Shown in pieces: positions 1 through 9,155 of a stretch of DNA of 64,000 nucleotides. The DNA comes from a virus (Duplodnaviria; Caudoviricetes). The DNA lies in the IMG/VR virus record IMGVR_UViG_3300011868_000001, positions 64,001 to 128,000 of that record, one strand, 5' to 3'. The notes under the pieces are model-generated. The model searched no databases. It had not been told where the DNA came from and saw only the letters and a list, made by a program, of their open reading frames with translations. The stretch's first letter is position 1. Each line of letters opens with the position of its first letter. Made by a program: the position numbers and the translations under genes.

Positions 1-1
1 T

Positions 2-406
2 CATCCACATTTCAGCAGCGTTGTGTTGAATCAGAAGCTCGTCTTCTTCATTCCAGAGATCGTCAGCTTTCAACCAGTTCTCACGGGTATCGAGTTTCAC
101 CGGATAGATGGTTCGACACTTGTGACCGGTCATGATCATTCCGTGACAGCCATCGTCAATGAACTGTTTGATGATCACCGCACACTGCTCAACGTGATCG
201 ATGCAGTAATGCAGGTACTTGAGCGGATTGCCTGCTACAATGAGGTCCATGAGCAGTTGGCGCTGTATGGGCAGGGTCGTCTCTTTAAGAAGGCGCGTGG
301 CCATGGCGCGGACCTTCTTGGGGTTCTTGAGGTTGGCATCCTTGAAGACTTTGAGGATGGTCGACTCTTGGGCGAAGGAATCGGTGTAGCTGCTGCGATC
401 TGTCAT
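2..406 (-). CDS. hypothetical protein, 3'-partial (MTDRSSYTDSFAQESTILKVFK...)
   Basis: Manual translation of the minus strand is open from ATG 406 to the window edge with phage-like codon usage. The + strand ORF 23..433 is its antisense shadow. Confidence 0.7.
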   Translation of the reverse strand, partial: MTDRSSYTDSFAQESTILKVFKDANLKNPKKVRAMATRLLKETTLPIQRQLLMDLIVAGNPLKYLHYCIDHVEQCAVIIKQFIDDGCHGMIMTGHKCRTIYPVKLDTRENWLKADDLWNEEDELLIQHNAAEMWM

Positions 407-439
407 GATGAGTGGCCTGTTGTCTATGCGTGAAACAAG

Positions 440-458
440 GGAGGGGTATGACCCCTCC
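440..458. terminator. GC-rich stem-loop, probable intrinsic terminator
   Basis: GGAGGGGT/ACCCCTCC inverted repeat in an intergenic gap. Confidence 0.55.
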
Positions 459-485
459 GGTTATGCTGGAAGATTAATCTGTGGT

Positions 486-1256
486 TTATTTACCGCGCAA
501 ATCAGTAAACTGAGTTGCTGGCCCGGTGTTCAGATCGACCATGTCCGATACGGGAGCCGACACAATGTCGTGCACTTCACTCGGATCGAGTTCCATGGCA
601 GCCGTCCGAAGTAGGGCGCGAGCGACGCTCTTACGGAACGCGTCGTTCTTGATCGCATGTTCATCGACCAGCGGACTGATGAACTTGTTGACGTAGTAGT
701 CGCCTACTTGTTCGGGGGTGTGTTTGGCCAGGCCATTGACGATGGTTTCCATTTCGTCACAGCCCATGACCACCGGGATGCTGAAGTCACGGGTGGTGAT
801 CCGACTACCGCCCGAATGCGCACCAGCAACGTTCTTGTTACTGAATACTGACCACTGAGTGGTGATGTTGTCCACGGTAAAGTAAGGACCTGCCATTACC
901 GTCAATAGATCATAGAGTTCATCGGGGTTGATATCGGTTTCGATAACTGGATTATGGTAGCTGTCTTCGAAAACGCGGGTGTGTGGGACATAAGCCAGTT
1001 CCGTGGCTTTATCGCGCAGAGCGGCCAAGAGAACATCGAAACCCTGGTCTTCACTGTCGTATAGCCCATAGGCTTCGCCGCATGTCTCGATGGCATCCCT
1101 GACCGAAAGACTGTAGCCTTCATCTTGCACGAGGTCGAAGATGTCCGGATGATCCGTGCCTTGCAGATCGAGGACGACGACCAGCTCCTGTAGAGAAGGG
1201 TAATCATTGATGTTGGTGAAAACGATGCGGTGATATGCAACAGAACTCGTGTGCAT
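486..1256 (-). CDS. hypothetical protein (256 aa)
   Basis: Long ORF with AAGGAG SD; no recognisable motif. Confidence 0.8.
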   Translation of the reverse strand: MHTSSVAYHRIVFTNINDYPSLQELVVVLDLQGTDHPDIFDLVQDEGYSLSVRDAIETCGEAYGLYDSEDQGFDVLLAALRDKATELAYVPHTRVFEDSYHNPVIETDINPDELYDLLTVMAGPYFTVDNITTQWSVFSNKNVAGAHSGGSRITTRDFSIPVVMGCDEMETIVNGLAKHTPEQVGDYYVNKFISPLVDEHAIKNDAFRKSVARALLRTAAMELDPSEVHDIVSAPVSDMVDLNTGPATQFTDLRGK

Positions 1257-1310
1257 GGTGTAACTCCTTCAAAATGCATAAAGCGGTGGGACACCCCACC
1301 GCCTATGTGG

Positions 1311-2000
1311 TTAAACCGCTTTCTTAAAGTGATACTTCAGGATGTTCAGCAGTTCCTTTTCGATGTCGGCAAAGACCTCTTCGATCGGACGTTCGACATT
1401 CACCACCAGATACCGTCCCGGATCTTCATGGACCTGTTCCAAGTGAATCTGCCGGCTACGTTGTTGGAACTCGAGTCCTTCCTTTTCCAGGCGATCGAGT
1501 TTACCACGGGCGATCATGCGCTCCTGTAAATTGACAGGATCGCCGTCGAGCAGGATGATCAGGTCAGGCTTGAAGCTACCGATGGTCAGGGCGTGAAGCT
1601 GCTTGAGCGTCGGCACATCGATCTTTCGACCACCGCCTTGGTGTGCGTACGTCGAATCATAGTACCGCTCGCAGAAGACCATTTTACCGGCCTGCAAGGA
1701 GGGTTTGATCAGGACTTCGGTGTGTTGAACACGACTGGCCAGATAAAGCAGGGCTTCGGTCATGTGAGTCCAGTCATCCTTGCCTTCACCGGTGCCCCAG
1801 ATGACCAGTTCACGCAAGATTTCGGCTGATGGCGTACCACCCGGTTCGCGGGTTCGGATGAAGTCGACTTCTTGACGCTGCATGAACTCAGTCACCATGT
1901 TAGCAATGGTGCTTTTGCCGGTGGCGTCGATGCCTTCTAGGGCGATGAAGAATCCAGGGGCGTTAGAGAGACTGGGTATTTTCACTTGATGTTCCTTCAT
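1311..2000 (-). CDS. tmk: thymidylate (dTMP) kinase
   Basis: FIALEGIDATGKST P-loop, TREPGGT, EALLYLASR, ERYYDSTYAHQG, PDLIILLD, DRLE motifs. Confidence 0.95.
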   Translation of the reverse strand: MKEHQVKIPSLSNAPGFFIALEGIDATGKSTIANMVTEFMQRQEVDFIRTREPGGTPSAEILRELVIWGTGEGKDDWTHMTEALLYLASRVQHTEVLIKPSLQAGKMVFCERYYDSTYAHQGGGRKIDVPTLKQLHALTIGSFKPDLIILLDGDPVNLQERMIARGKLDRLEKEGLEFQQRSRQIHLEQVHEDPGRYLVVNVERPIEEVFADIEKELLNILKYHFKKAV

Positions 2001-2148
2001 TAACTAGATTGAACCACCGGTCCAGAAAATCTTGAACTGGGCTGGCTGTGGTTTCGGTAAATGTCATCACGATCCGTTTCCTGAACCAGGGTGTGCCACG
2101 GCGACGATTCTTTCTTCTATGGCCGATGTAAATCTTCTGTTTGCGCAT
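1963..2148 (-). CDS. small basic hypothetical protein (about 61 aa)
   Basis: Fills the gap between co-oriented genes; ATG at 2148. Confidence 0.45.
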   Translation of the reverse strand: MRKQKIYIGHRRKNRRRGTPWFRKRIVMTFTETTASPVQDFLDRWFNLVNEGTSSENTQSL

Positions 2149-2791
2149 GGACAGGCCCCTGTGGCATGGGAGGGATTTCAATCCCGCGTTTCGTCAACTG
2201 CTGCTCCAGCCAAGCAACAAACTTGATACGTTCTTCTTCCACGTACAGGTTGACTTTCTTCACCCCGTGCATGATGCTGATCTGTACCGCGGTGTTCGTT
2301 CCACCGTTCCATCTGGTCTGTTTCTTATTGGCCGGCTCTGCCCAAAAGATCGTCACCCAGCGTGGAAAACACAACTCCTCCGACAGCACCTGAAATGCAT
2401 TGCGGGTATGGAGGGCGATCCCGCTTGGGAAGAGCCCCTCGAAACTGCCGCGGGCTTTGAAGGCCAGTGCCTTAGCAGCTTCGTAGGTCTCGTAGCGTTC
2501 GGCCTCATGCATGCCATTGAGTGGATCGTGGAAGAGTCCGGCTCGTTGTTTCTTCAATCGGGTGTAGTACACTTGCGCCGGTGGCATGGTGTCGCGTTTA
2601 CCTTGGTTATACCCGAGGTAGAAGTACGTGTCAGAGCCTGGCGCATCGCCTGTACACAGCACGCCGCCAAGCAAGGCCATGCAATGGCCCACCCACATAA
2701 GCGTCGGGACATGCTCCTCTGGAACTTCACGACTGCCTACGCCACACCAAGTGAACGACCATTCCCAACCTGCACTCTTCCACAAATCCAT
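2117..2791 (-). CDS. SLOG/DprA-like (SMF/YpsA-type) nucleotide-binding protein
   Basis: CGVGSRE, TGDAPGSD, LHTRNAFQVL and GGTNTAV motifs typical of phage SLOG-fold proteins; start re-called at MDLWKS. Confidence 0.7.
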   Translation of the reverse strand: MDLWKSAGWEWSFTWCGVGSREVPEEHVPTLMWVGHCMALLGGVLCTGDAPGSDTYFYLGYNQGKRDTMPPAQVYYTRLKKQRAGLFHDPLNGMHEAERYETYEAAKALAFKARGSFEGLFPSGIALHTRNAFQVLSEELCFPRWVTIFWAEPANKKQTRWNGGTNTAVQISIMHGVKKVNLYVEEERIKFVAWLEQQLTKRGIEIPPMPQGPVHAQTEDLHRP

Positions 2792-2916
2792 CTCTAACCC
2801 CCGGCTGAAGCTGCCCAATAGCCCAATAGCGAACCACCAATAAAGCCGAAGTAGGCCATCAGCCAACCTTCTTGTGAAAACATCAGTGCTGTGTCAACGA
2901 CCTGCTCGACCATGGC

Positions 2917-3465
2917 TCATTCCTTCAGTTGTTCACGCAGGGCGCACAGGTCCGGAACTTTCAACTCTGGCGTGGTGATGATGCCTGCGTACTTCTTGAC
3001 CGTGTCGTAATGGGTGATCTCGAAGGGAACGCCGAAGTAACCGTTCTCAAGGATGGTCCTGAGGGTGTCTTCACCTTCCACGTCGGCAAGCAGTTCGGTA
3101 TCGACGATCGCACTCAGTGTAACCGGCGGGATCAGCTGGCCGTTATAAAACGGGGTGTTTTCCGCCTGACGCAATGCCATCTTCAGATGACCCGGCAGCA
3201 CCGGGAAGTTACCTTCGCCACGATCAGCGGCTTCCATGATGAATAGCGAACCCATTAGGGCCCAGTTGTTCATCCACCAAACAAAGATGTGGGTTTCTTC
3301 ATGGCCCTTGGTTTCAACGAAACCCCGACCGGTGATATCGAGCTTCCAGTAACGGTTGTCACGCTCAGTATGGAAGATTTCATCGGCATGCAATTTGCCG
3401 TCAAGGAACGCTAGGTCCAATGCAGCGCGGCTTTCGAACTTGATTACACGGTTGGTGATAGACAT
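2917..3465 (-). CDS. hypothetical protein (182 aa)
   Basis: ORF with GAGG SD and an upstream A-rich promoter-like motif. Confidence 0.75.
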   Translation of the reverse strand: MSITNRVIKFESRAALDLAFLDGKLHADEIFHTERDNRYWKLDITGRGFVETKGHEETHIFVWWMNNWALMGSLFIMEAADRGEGNFPVLPGHLKMALRQAENTPFYNGQLIPPVTLSAIVDTELLADVEGEDTLRTILENGYFGVPFEITHYDTVKKYAGIITTPELKVPDLCALREQLKE

Positions 3466-3564
3466 GCGTTACAGCCTCACTAGGGTATGATCACAGTATT
3501 GAGAGAGGGGGTTTGTTTTTACAGCCAAATCCTATGACATAATTTTTTCTGTAAGGGCTGTCCC

Positions 3565-4293
3565 ATGTTCAAAACTAAGGTGTCAGGGGCCTGGCGCGAT
3601 GTTGTCTTGCGAATCAAGGTCCTTTCATCGTGGAAAGAAGTGGTTCGCGGCTCAGTCAAAGTAAGTGGGGCGTGGAAAACCTTTTACAAACGCTTGGTTG
3701 TGTCCAACGGTCTACTTAACTGGTGGGGGCTCGATGGTGTCAGGGCCGATTACATCACCATGACATCAGTGACTCTGGCTGCCGGCGCAAGCTTCCAGTC
3801 CATTGCGGGGAAACTCGCCCTGAGGCTGGTCAGTGGCGGCTATGCGACCACGCCCAGTATGGCCTTGGGTAGCGGACCTTGGACAATCAACCTTTGGTAT
3901 TATCCGGTCAGTATCGCCTCATACAGCCATCTGTTGACGCACGCCGATGGTCAAGTTTATTTTGCCCTCAAGCTTGGGACCACCGGTGCATTTCCGGGAC
4001 GACCCTATCTGTACGCACAAAGCCTCGGCGCATCCCAGGTCGCTGATACTGCCTTGGCGATGAACCAATGGTCGATGGTGACATTTACCTATACAGCCGG
4101 CCGATTGAGAATATACGTCAACGGTGTGCTATCGAGTACATTTTCGATCACGCTCACTGTCCCGGCAGGTCAGATGAGAATGGGCGTCGGACATAACGAA
4201 GAAGCCTCCAATGGCTATCAACGTGATGTCTCACGATTCGACCGAGAACTGACCCAGGCTGAGATTACAGCACTGTACAACGATCAGTTATAA
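3565..4293 (+). CDS. LamG/concanavalin-A-like lectin domain protein, probable virion or tail-fibre accessory
   Basis: N-terminal KVSGAW repeats; LLNWWGLDG, WTINLWYYP, QWSMVTFTY, RIYVNGV, FDRELTQAEITALY LamG signature; TATG late-promoter element upstream. Confidence 0.8.
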   Translation: MFKTKVSGAWRDVVLRIKVLSSWKEVVRGSVKVSGAWKTFYKRLVVSNGLLNWWGLDGVRADYITMTSVTLAAGASFQSIAGKLALRLVSGGYATTPSMALGSGPWTINLWYYPVSIASYSHLLTHADGQVYFALKLGTTGAFPGRPYLYAQSLGASQVADTALAMNQWSMVTFTYTAGRLRIYVNGVLSSTFSITLTVPAGQMRMGVGHNEEASNGYQRDVSRFDRELTQAEITALYNDQL

Positions 4294-4698
4294 GACGATC
4301 CACAGCAGCAGAGCCGTGGCAATGAGTATCCCTGTAACGACCCAGGGCCAGCGCTTGCGGCGTTGTTGTTTGGATTGCTTCTTAGCGATTTGTCGCTCAT
4401 TCCACAAGGCGTTGTATTCTGCAGCGGCCCGAGACTCTAACTCATCGTACTGCTTAGCGCTGATAGTGCCTCTTGGTCCGTGGGAAATGACATCTTGTTC
4501 TGTTGGCCAGCTTTCAGATTCCCATTCTGATTGACTCCGTTCAACCAACGGACCGAAAAAAGCACCCAAATAACTGCGAACGCTTTGATCGTTGGTCTTT
4601 AAGTTAACAATGAATGAGGTAGCTGGAACCCAACCGTGACGAGTACGAGTGTATAGCTGAGTAATGTGATACATGACAACCCTCATGATAGACGACAT
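4288..4698 (-). CDS. hypothetical membrane-anchored protein
   Basis: C-terminal basic patch followed by a hydrophobic helix (WPWVVTGILIATALLLWIVL). Confidence 0.65.
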   Translation of the reverse strand: MSSIMRVVMYHITQLYTRTRHGWVPATSFIVNLKTNDQSVRSYLGAFFGPLVERSQSEWESESWPTEQDVISHGPRGTISAKQYDELESRAAAEYNALWNERQIAKKQSKQQRRKRWPWVVTGILIATALLLWIVL

Positions 4699-4699
4699 A

Positions 4700-4723
4700 C
4701 AGGGAGGGCCGAAGCCCTCCCTG
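4700..4723 (-). terminator. cUUCGg-capped hairpin terminator
   Basis: CAGGGAGGGC-TTCG-GCCCTCCCTG on the minus strand; the same core occurs at 22089 and 46428. Confidence 0.75.
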
Positions 4724-4730
4724 TATGCTG

Positions 4731-5024
4731 TTACTTGTAGAACTTCAGGAACTTGGCCAAAGGCATGGTGTTGGCATGCTTGTCTTCAGGCTTGTTCTTG
4801 TAGGTCACCGTATCCTTCTTGACCGAGATCAGGAAGATTTGAGTGGTCTGACCATTGCGGGTAGTGGAGTAGAACTTGTTCAGCTCGCCAGTGAACACCA
4901 AGGGCTCAGGCTGTGGCTGCGGAGCCGGCTTGATCCCATTGAGGTTCATCAGCTCCCCGAGGCTGCTCAGATCGCGACTGTGCGTGGTCTGGCGGGGCTT
5001 CCGAGATAGCGTGGACGTGTTCAT
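4731..5024 (-). CDS. hypothetical protein (about 97 aa)
   Basis: Strong phage codon bias; ends just before a terminator; start uncertain and overlaps the upstream ORF. Confidence 0.6.
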   Translation of the reverse strand: MNTSTLSRKPRQTTHSRDLSSLGELMNLNGIKPAPQPQPEPLVFTGELNKFYSTTRNGQTTQIFLISVKKDTVTYKNKPEDKHANTMPLAKFLKFYK

Positions 5025-5751
5025 CGAGTTTCCCTGTGTCATGTGTGGATGAAATGGGGTTAGAAGAAAGAGGTGGTGCCATGTGACGCTTGAACGCATT
5101 GATACCAAAATCGGGATTGGAGATGATCTTGACCTCAGTTACCAGTACAGCGATCTCATCGACATGCAATGAGATATCGGCCTGAAGGGCCAGTCGAAGC
5201 CGTTCGATGTCGTTATCATCGATGAGGGTGTGACGATGATCCGATAGCACGGATAACCGAAGCATACCCAGCAGTTCTCCTTGTAAGTCAATCATACTGG
5301 CCATCGCAATGAACGGACTATCGATGCCGGCCATTACTGTCAGCAAGTGATTCTGGTGGTTGAACACCGTAAACGAGTTGGACTCATAACGGTGAAGGAG
5401 TTTAGCTTCCCAGAACGACTCTGGGTTGAGCTTGAAGCGATATTCATCCATCAAGCGAGCGGCCGGACGGCGCATGGAACCGAAGTGAATTCTCACCTCG
5501 TTACCGATGTGCAATAAGCGTTTCTCTGTCAGGTACTGAATAAAGCCGGGCAAGGCTTCTTCAGTAAAGATATCGCGCGAGGATCGATTAACGCTTTCAC
5601 AAAAGGTGGCCATCTCATCACTGAGATCAATGTCTGAAAGGGCCACCACAGTGACGTGACGTTTCTTTTCGGGGATGGACTCGTCGTATGTAAAGGTAAG
5701 TATTTCTCCTGCCCGGACCTTTATCCTCCCCAGCGTATGATGCTCATACAT
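4906..5751 (-). CDS. hypothetical protein (281 aa)
   Basis: Long ORF with GAGG SD and a TACATTAT motif upstream. Confidence 0.75.
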   Translation of the reverse strand: MYEHHTLGRIKVRAGEILTFTYDESIPEKKRHVTVVALSDIDLSDEMATFCESVNRSSRDIFTEEALPGFIQYLTEKRLLHIGNEVRIHFGSMRRPAARLMDEYRFKLNPESFWEAKLLHRYESNSFTVFNHQNHLLTVMAGIDSPFIAMASMIDLQGELLGMLRLSVLSDHRHTLIDDNDIERLRLALQADISLHVDEIAVLVTEVKIISNPDFGINAFKRHMAPPLSSNPISSTHDTGKLDEHVHAISEAPPDHAQSRSEQPRGADEPQWDQAGSAATA

Positions 5752-5782
5752 GGCTGTGGACCTCAGGTTGTGGTTCAGTTCT

Positions 5783-5790
5783 ATAATGTA
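5783..5790 (-). promoter_or_regulatory. putative early (virion-RNAP) promoter TACATTAT
   Basis: One of 8 copies located about 20-50 nt upstream of minus-strand starts; resembles the phiKZ early consensus TATATTAC. Confidence 0.6.
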
Positions 5791-5799
5791 GCGTTGAAA

Positions 5800-7167
5800 T
5801 TAACTCTGTTCGTCTAAAAAGGCTTGATAGCCAGGGGCTAGACGATCGACCATAACCACAACTTCCGTGGTGGTCTGATGAGCTTTCTGATGAAGCCCGG
5901 TACCGGCCAGAGCCGAATACGCATGGGCATGGACCACTACACCATTGACAAACGCAGGTTCCCCATTGACGATAAACCCCACTTCGCATTGGAGCCCTGG
6001 GATGATCAGATCAGGATTGCTGTTCTCCCAGTTCATGACGAAATAGGCGCCATTTCGTTCGGCCAGACGACTGGCTTCATGAAACGCATTGGACCGAGTC
6101 AGGTTATCAGAAACCCTGGACATGCTGGTGCCTTTGCGTTGGATTGCCTCGTACTCATTTGCATTGTTAGTTCTTTTTGCCACGGCTTTGTTACCAGAGA
6201 CTTCGAAAAATCCCTGCAGTGCCGTGCTGGTGTCGACAAATCGCGTACCGTTGCCTTCATTGAGCAAACGGGTTTCCGAGGGGTCTAACCGGTTTACACC
6301 GCCGGTGATCAGGGCCACAAAATGCTTGTCCTGAATCCGGTAGGTGTGTTCGATCCCGCGGTAACGCTTAGAGGGTGCCAGAATAAACAATGCCGTGCGT
6401 TCAGCCTCATCATAGCGCTTGTAGTTATACAGCGGCCAGATGTACCACATGTCCTTTTGCAGGTAGCAACCAATGCCGGTGCTGTAGATGCCCCCGTACT
6501 GAGTCTGGAGCTTATCGGCGACCTGTACCAGCGGGATGCCATGAGGCAGGACCGTGTTACTGCGTTTGGTTTGGTTACTCGGCTCAACCGCGTTGATGCC
6601 ACGGATGGCATTTTCCTGATCGATATCCATGTTCTGCATGGACTGGGTCAACAGAGACAACAGGATGTCATACGGTCGACTGTCACGGAATACACCGCCG
6701 ACGATTTCCGTCCGTATTTGATCAAACGCTTCCTCTTGAAGCTGAACCTGAATGATGCGAATGCCAGTCAGGTCGGATGCATATTCGCTGGATGTCTCAG
6801 GACTGTCCGCCAGCATACCGGTTTCAGACTCTAACGGCAGCCGCGCGAGGTAGGTCTGTTCCAGTACACTGTCGGGCACCTCCACACCTGAGTGTGCGAG
6901 GGTCCGGCGAGTGAGGGTGAGTTTGAGATTTTCCTTGAACGGCAAGACCCGGTGAAGATACTGACCCCATTGGACGGCAACCTTGAGCAGGACCTCATCC
7001 GTAATCGCCTTGCGGTAATCACGGATGACGTCACGACTGATCACGGTCAAAGCGGGAATCTCTTCCCGCTCCGTGACAAACACAGCGTCGTAGGCGTAAT
7101 ACGAATCGACGCCTTCACGCTGGATCAGTTCAAGTTCCGCACCAAGGGTTGTTTGGGAGAATTCCAT
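5800..7167 (-). CDS. virion structural protein, baseplate hub-like (phiKZ gp101-like)
   Basis: 455 aa; last gene of the structural cluster; synteny and size. Confidence 0.6.
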   Translation of the reverse strand: MEFSQTTLGAELELIQREGVDSYYAYDAVFVTEREEIPALTVISRDVIRDYRKAITDEVLLKVAVQWGQYLHRVLPFKENLKLTLTRRTLAHSGVEVPDSVLEQTYLARLPLESETGMLADSPETSSEYASDLTGIRIIQVQLQEEAFDQIRTEIVGGVFRDSRPYDILLSLLTQSMQNMDIDQENAIRGINAVEPSNQTKRSNTVLPHGIPLVQVADKLQTQYGGIYSTGIGCYLQKDMWYIWPLYNYKRYDEAERTALFILAPSKRYRGIEHTYRIQDKHFVALITGGVNRLDPSETRLLNEGNGTRFVDTSTALQGFFEVSGNKAVAKRTNNANEYEAIQRKGTSMSRVSDNLTRSNAFHEASRLAERNGAYFVMNWENSNPDLIIPGLQCEVGFIVNGEPAFVNGVVVHAHAYSALAGTGLHQKAHQTTTEVVVMVDRLAPGYQAFLDEQS

Positions 7168-7181
7168 ACAAGCCCTTTGAT

Positions 7182-7757
7182 TTAGTGTTTCCTGTTACGC
7201 TCAGCGAGCAGACGTTCAATCCGATCCATGAGCGGTGAGGTTTCTTGCACATCCACACCCACTGCCGATGTGTTGAACAGCTCTTGAGCCCCCATCAGGT
7301 TACCGAACAGGCTGGAGACCCGACGCAGTTCAGGGACGTCATTGATATCTGGCTTGAAGCCGACGACCTGGTCCTTGATGGTCTGAGCAAAGTCGGACAT
7401 CAGGTACAGGGAATCGAGGGGTGCGTCTTTGACGTTCGGATCGTTGTTGACGTAATCCGCCCAAAATCCCAAGTGCGCGGTGATCACCTCGTAAATGGTA
7501 ACGAGGTCTTCGCGGGCGTTCTGGAACTTGATGTCCGCCCCTTGCTCGTAGAGCTTGAGAATATCGGCAATGGTGCCACCAATATTGACGTACTCGGCCA
7601 TGTAACGCTGGTTGAGCTCTTTCGAACCTGTGTGCAGATGACCAACTTTCTCGTTGTATTCTTTCGAATAGCGATAGTAGCCTGGGATCGCATAGAGGTA
7701 CGTGGTGTGGAAAATATGTCGACGCACTTCTGCGGGGTCATCGTATTTCCGACTCAT
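7182..7757 (-). CDS. conserved phiKZ-like protein (gp100-like, 191 aa)
   Basis: ATGA overlap with the upstream stop; synteny. Confidence 0.65.
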   Translation of the reverse strand: MSRKYDDPAEVRRHIFHTTYLYAIPGYYRYSKEYNEKVGHLHTGSKELNQRYMAEYVNIGGTIADILKLYEQGADIKFQNAREDLVTIYEVITAHLGFWADYVNNDPNVKDAPLDSLYLMSDFAQTIKDQVVGFKPDINDVPELRRVSSLFGNLMGAQELFNTSAVGVDVQETSPLMDRIERLLAERNRKH

Positions 7758-9151
7758 TTGATTCTCCGACGGTACACCCGAAGCAGGGTGAAGAGAATAG
7801 GGAAGTAATAAAACCGTTCGACGTTGTCCCAGCGTGGGGCATGTGTGCACAGCAAGTCCAGCATGCGGATGTCGATTGCCTCACCCTTCAATGCTGCAAG
7901 GGTCAGGGTCTCAAGCTTGCTGAGTTTGGTCTGGGCAGTGTGCTCGTAGAACGCCTGACTCAGGACGTAGTAGTCGTCGACAGTCACTCGTTTGATCTGC
8001 GGCGCACGCTCGGGGGCGATCGACTCGTAGACTTCGAACGTTGGGTCGAGTTCTAAGGTCGGTTTGAATAGGCGGTTGAGTTCGCGGAATCTGGCACAGC
8101 CACGTACCAGGTCTTCCAGCTCCTGATCGACAAACCCACTGTAACCGGCATCGACATTGGTGGGCGTCAGGTCCGGGTAGACCACGGCTTCCACACCAGA
8201 GTAGTAGATGCTGTTAAGACTCGGACGGCGATTGAAGAACTTACCGACGTCAACCAAGCCTGCCTGGTGCACACTCATGGACAACAGCGCATGGTCCATG
8301 GTCTCCAGACAGTTCCACAGGGTGAACTCGTACATGGTCTGGTCGCCCTGCACGTTCAGCTCCACCATGTGCCTTAGCAACGGATGATCGTCAGTGGTCA
8401 GGATGGTTTTCACATACCGTACCAAGAACGGGTCATACGTAACCCGAGGCTGGTTCGGCACCAGCAGCGTCTTGCGTTCGCGGCTGAAGAAATCGTGAAA
8501 GTACAGCTGGATCAGACGGGCGTAGTGCTCGGCCATGTTGTTGACGAGCTGGGTGTGCTCTTCACTGAGCAGCGGGGTGTTGCCCGTGTCAAGGAAGTTC
8601 TTGTGGAACACCACCGTTTCAACGGTCTTGGATACCAGCTCGTTGCGTACCGACTCACTGGACAGCTTGATCAGGCTGTACTCGATTTCGTAAACCGCCG
8701 ACATGTAGTGCGACAGCTTGTTCGAAGAGGTCACATGGAACATGCCCTCACGACCATCGCCGATGTCAGCAAGAAAGACATCGCCTTCCTTGGGAATCAG
8801 AATACCGTAGACATTGGCAGAGCCTTTAAGGCTCATGTCTTTGGTGGTGCTGTCTTGGGACGATTGCAACGGACTGGTGACTTTAAGCTCAAAGCCTTTG
8901 ATCAGCTTGTATTGCTGATAGACCGGGTGCAGGTCCGATTCAAAGGGTCTGGCGTCGTCGTCACGGCCTTTGACCAGGGAGAAGAAATCCACATCCCATG
9001 ACTGACCGGCGATGTAGGTAGTCAGTTGATCAAAACGGACTTCCTTGGTGTCAACGCTGGCGCCGACATACGCCTTAGGTTGGATTTTGACCGGATCGTT
9101 CTCTGGCGGTTTGACCACAGTGTCGATGTTCTGAATCGTTGGAACGGGCAT
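7754..9151 (-). CDS. virion structural protein (phiKZ gp99-like)
   Basis: 465 aa; PKEGDVFLADIGDGREGMF motif; synteny. Confidence 0.65.
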   Translation of the reverse strand: MPVPTIQNIDTVVKPPENDPVKIQPKAYVGASVDTKEVRFDQLTTYIAGQSWDVDFFSLVKGRDDDARPFESDLHPVYQQYKLIKGFELKVTSPLQSSQDSTTKDMSLKGSANVYGILIPKEGDVFLADIGDGREGMFHVTSSNKLSHYMSAVYEIEYSLIKLSSESVRNELVSKTVETVVFHKNFLDTGNTPLLSEEHTQLVNNMAEHYARLIQLYFHDFFSRERKTLLVPNQPRVTYDPFLVRYVKTILTTDDHPLLRHMVELNVQGDQTMYEFTLWNCLETMDHALLSMSVHQAGLVDVGKFFNRRPSLNSIYYSGVEAVVYPDLTPTNVDAGYSGFVDQELEDLVRGCARFRELNRLFKPTLELDPTFEVYESIAPERAPQIKRVTVDDYYVLSQAFYEHTAQTKLSKLETLTLAALKGEAIDIRMLDLLCTHAPRWDNVERFYYFPILFTLLRVYRRRIK

Positions 9152-9155
9152 GGCA

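Noticed and set aside
23-433. 136-aa plus-strand ORF
   Set aside because: The real gene appears to be on the minus strand (2..406)
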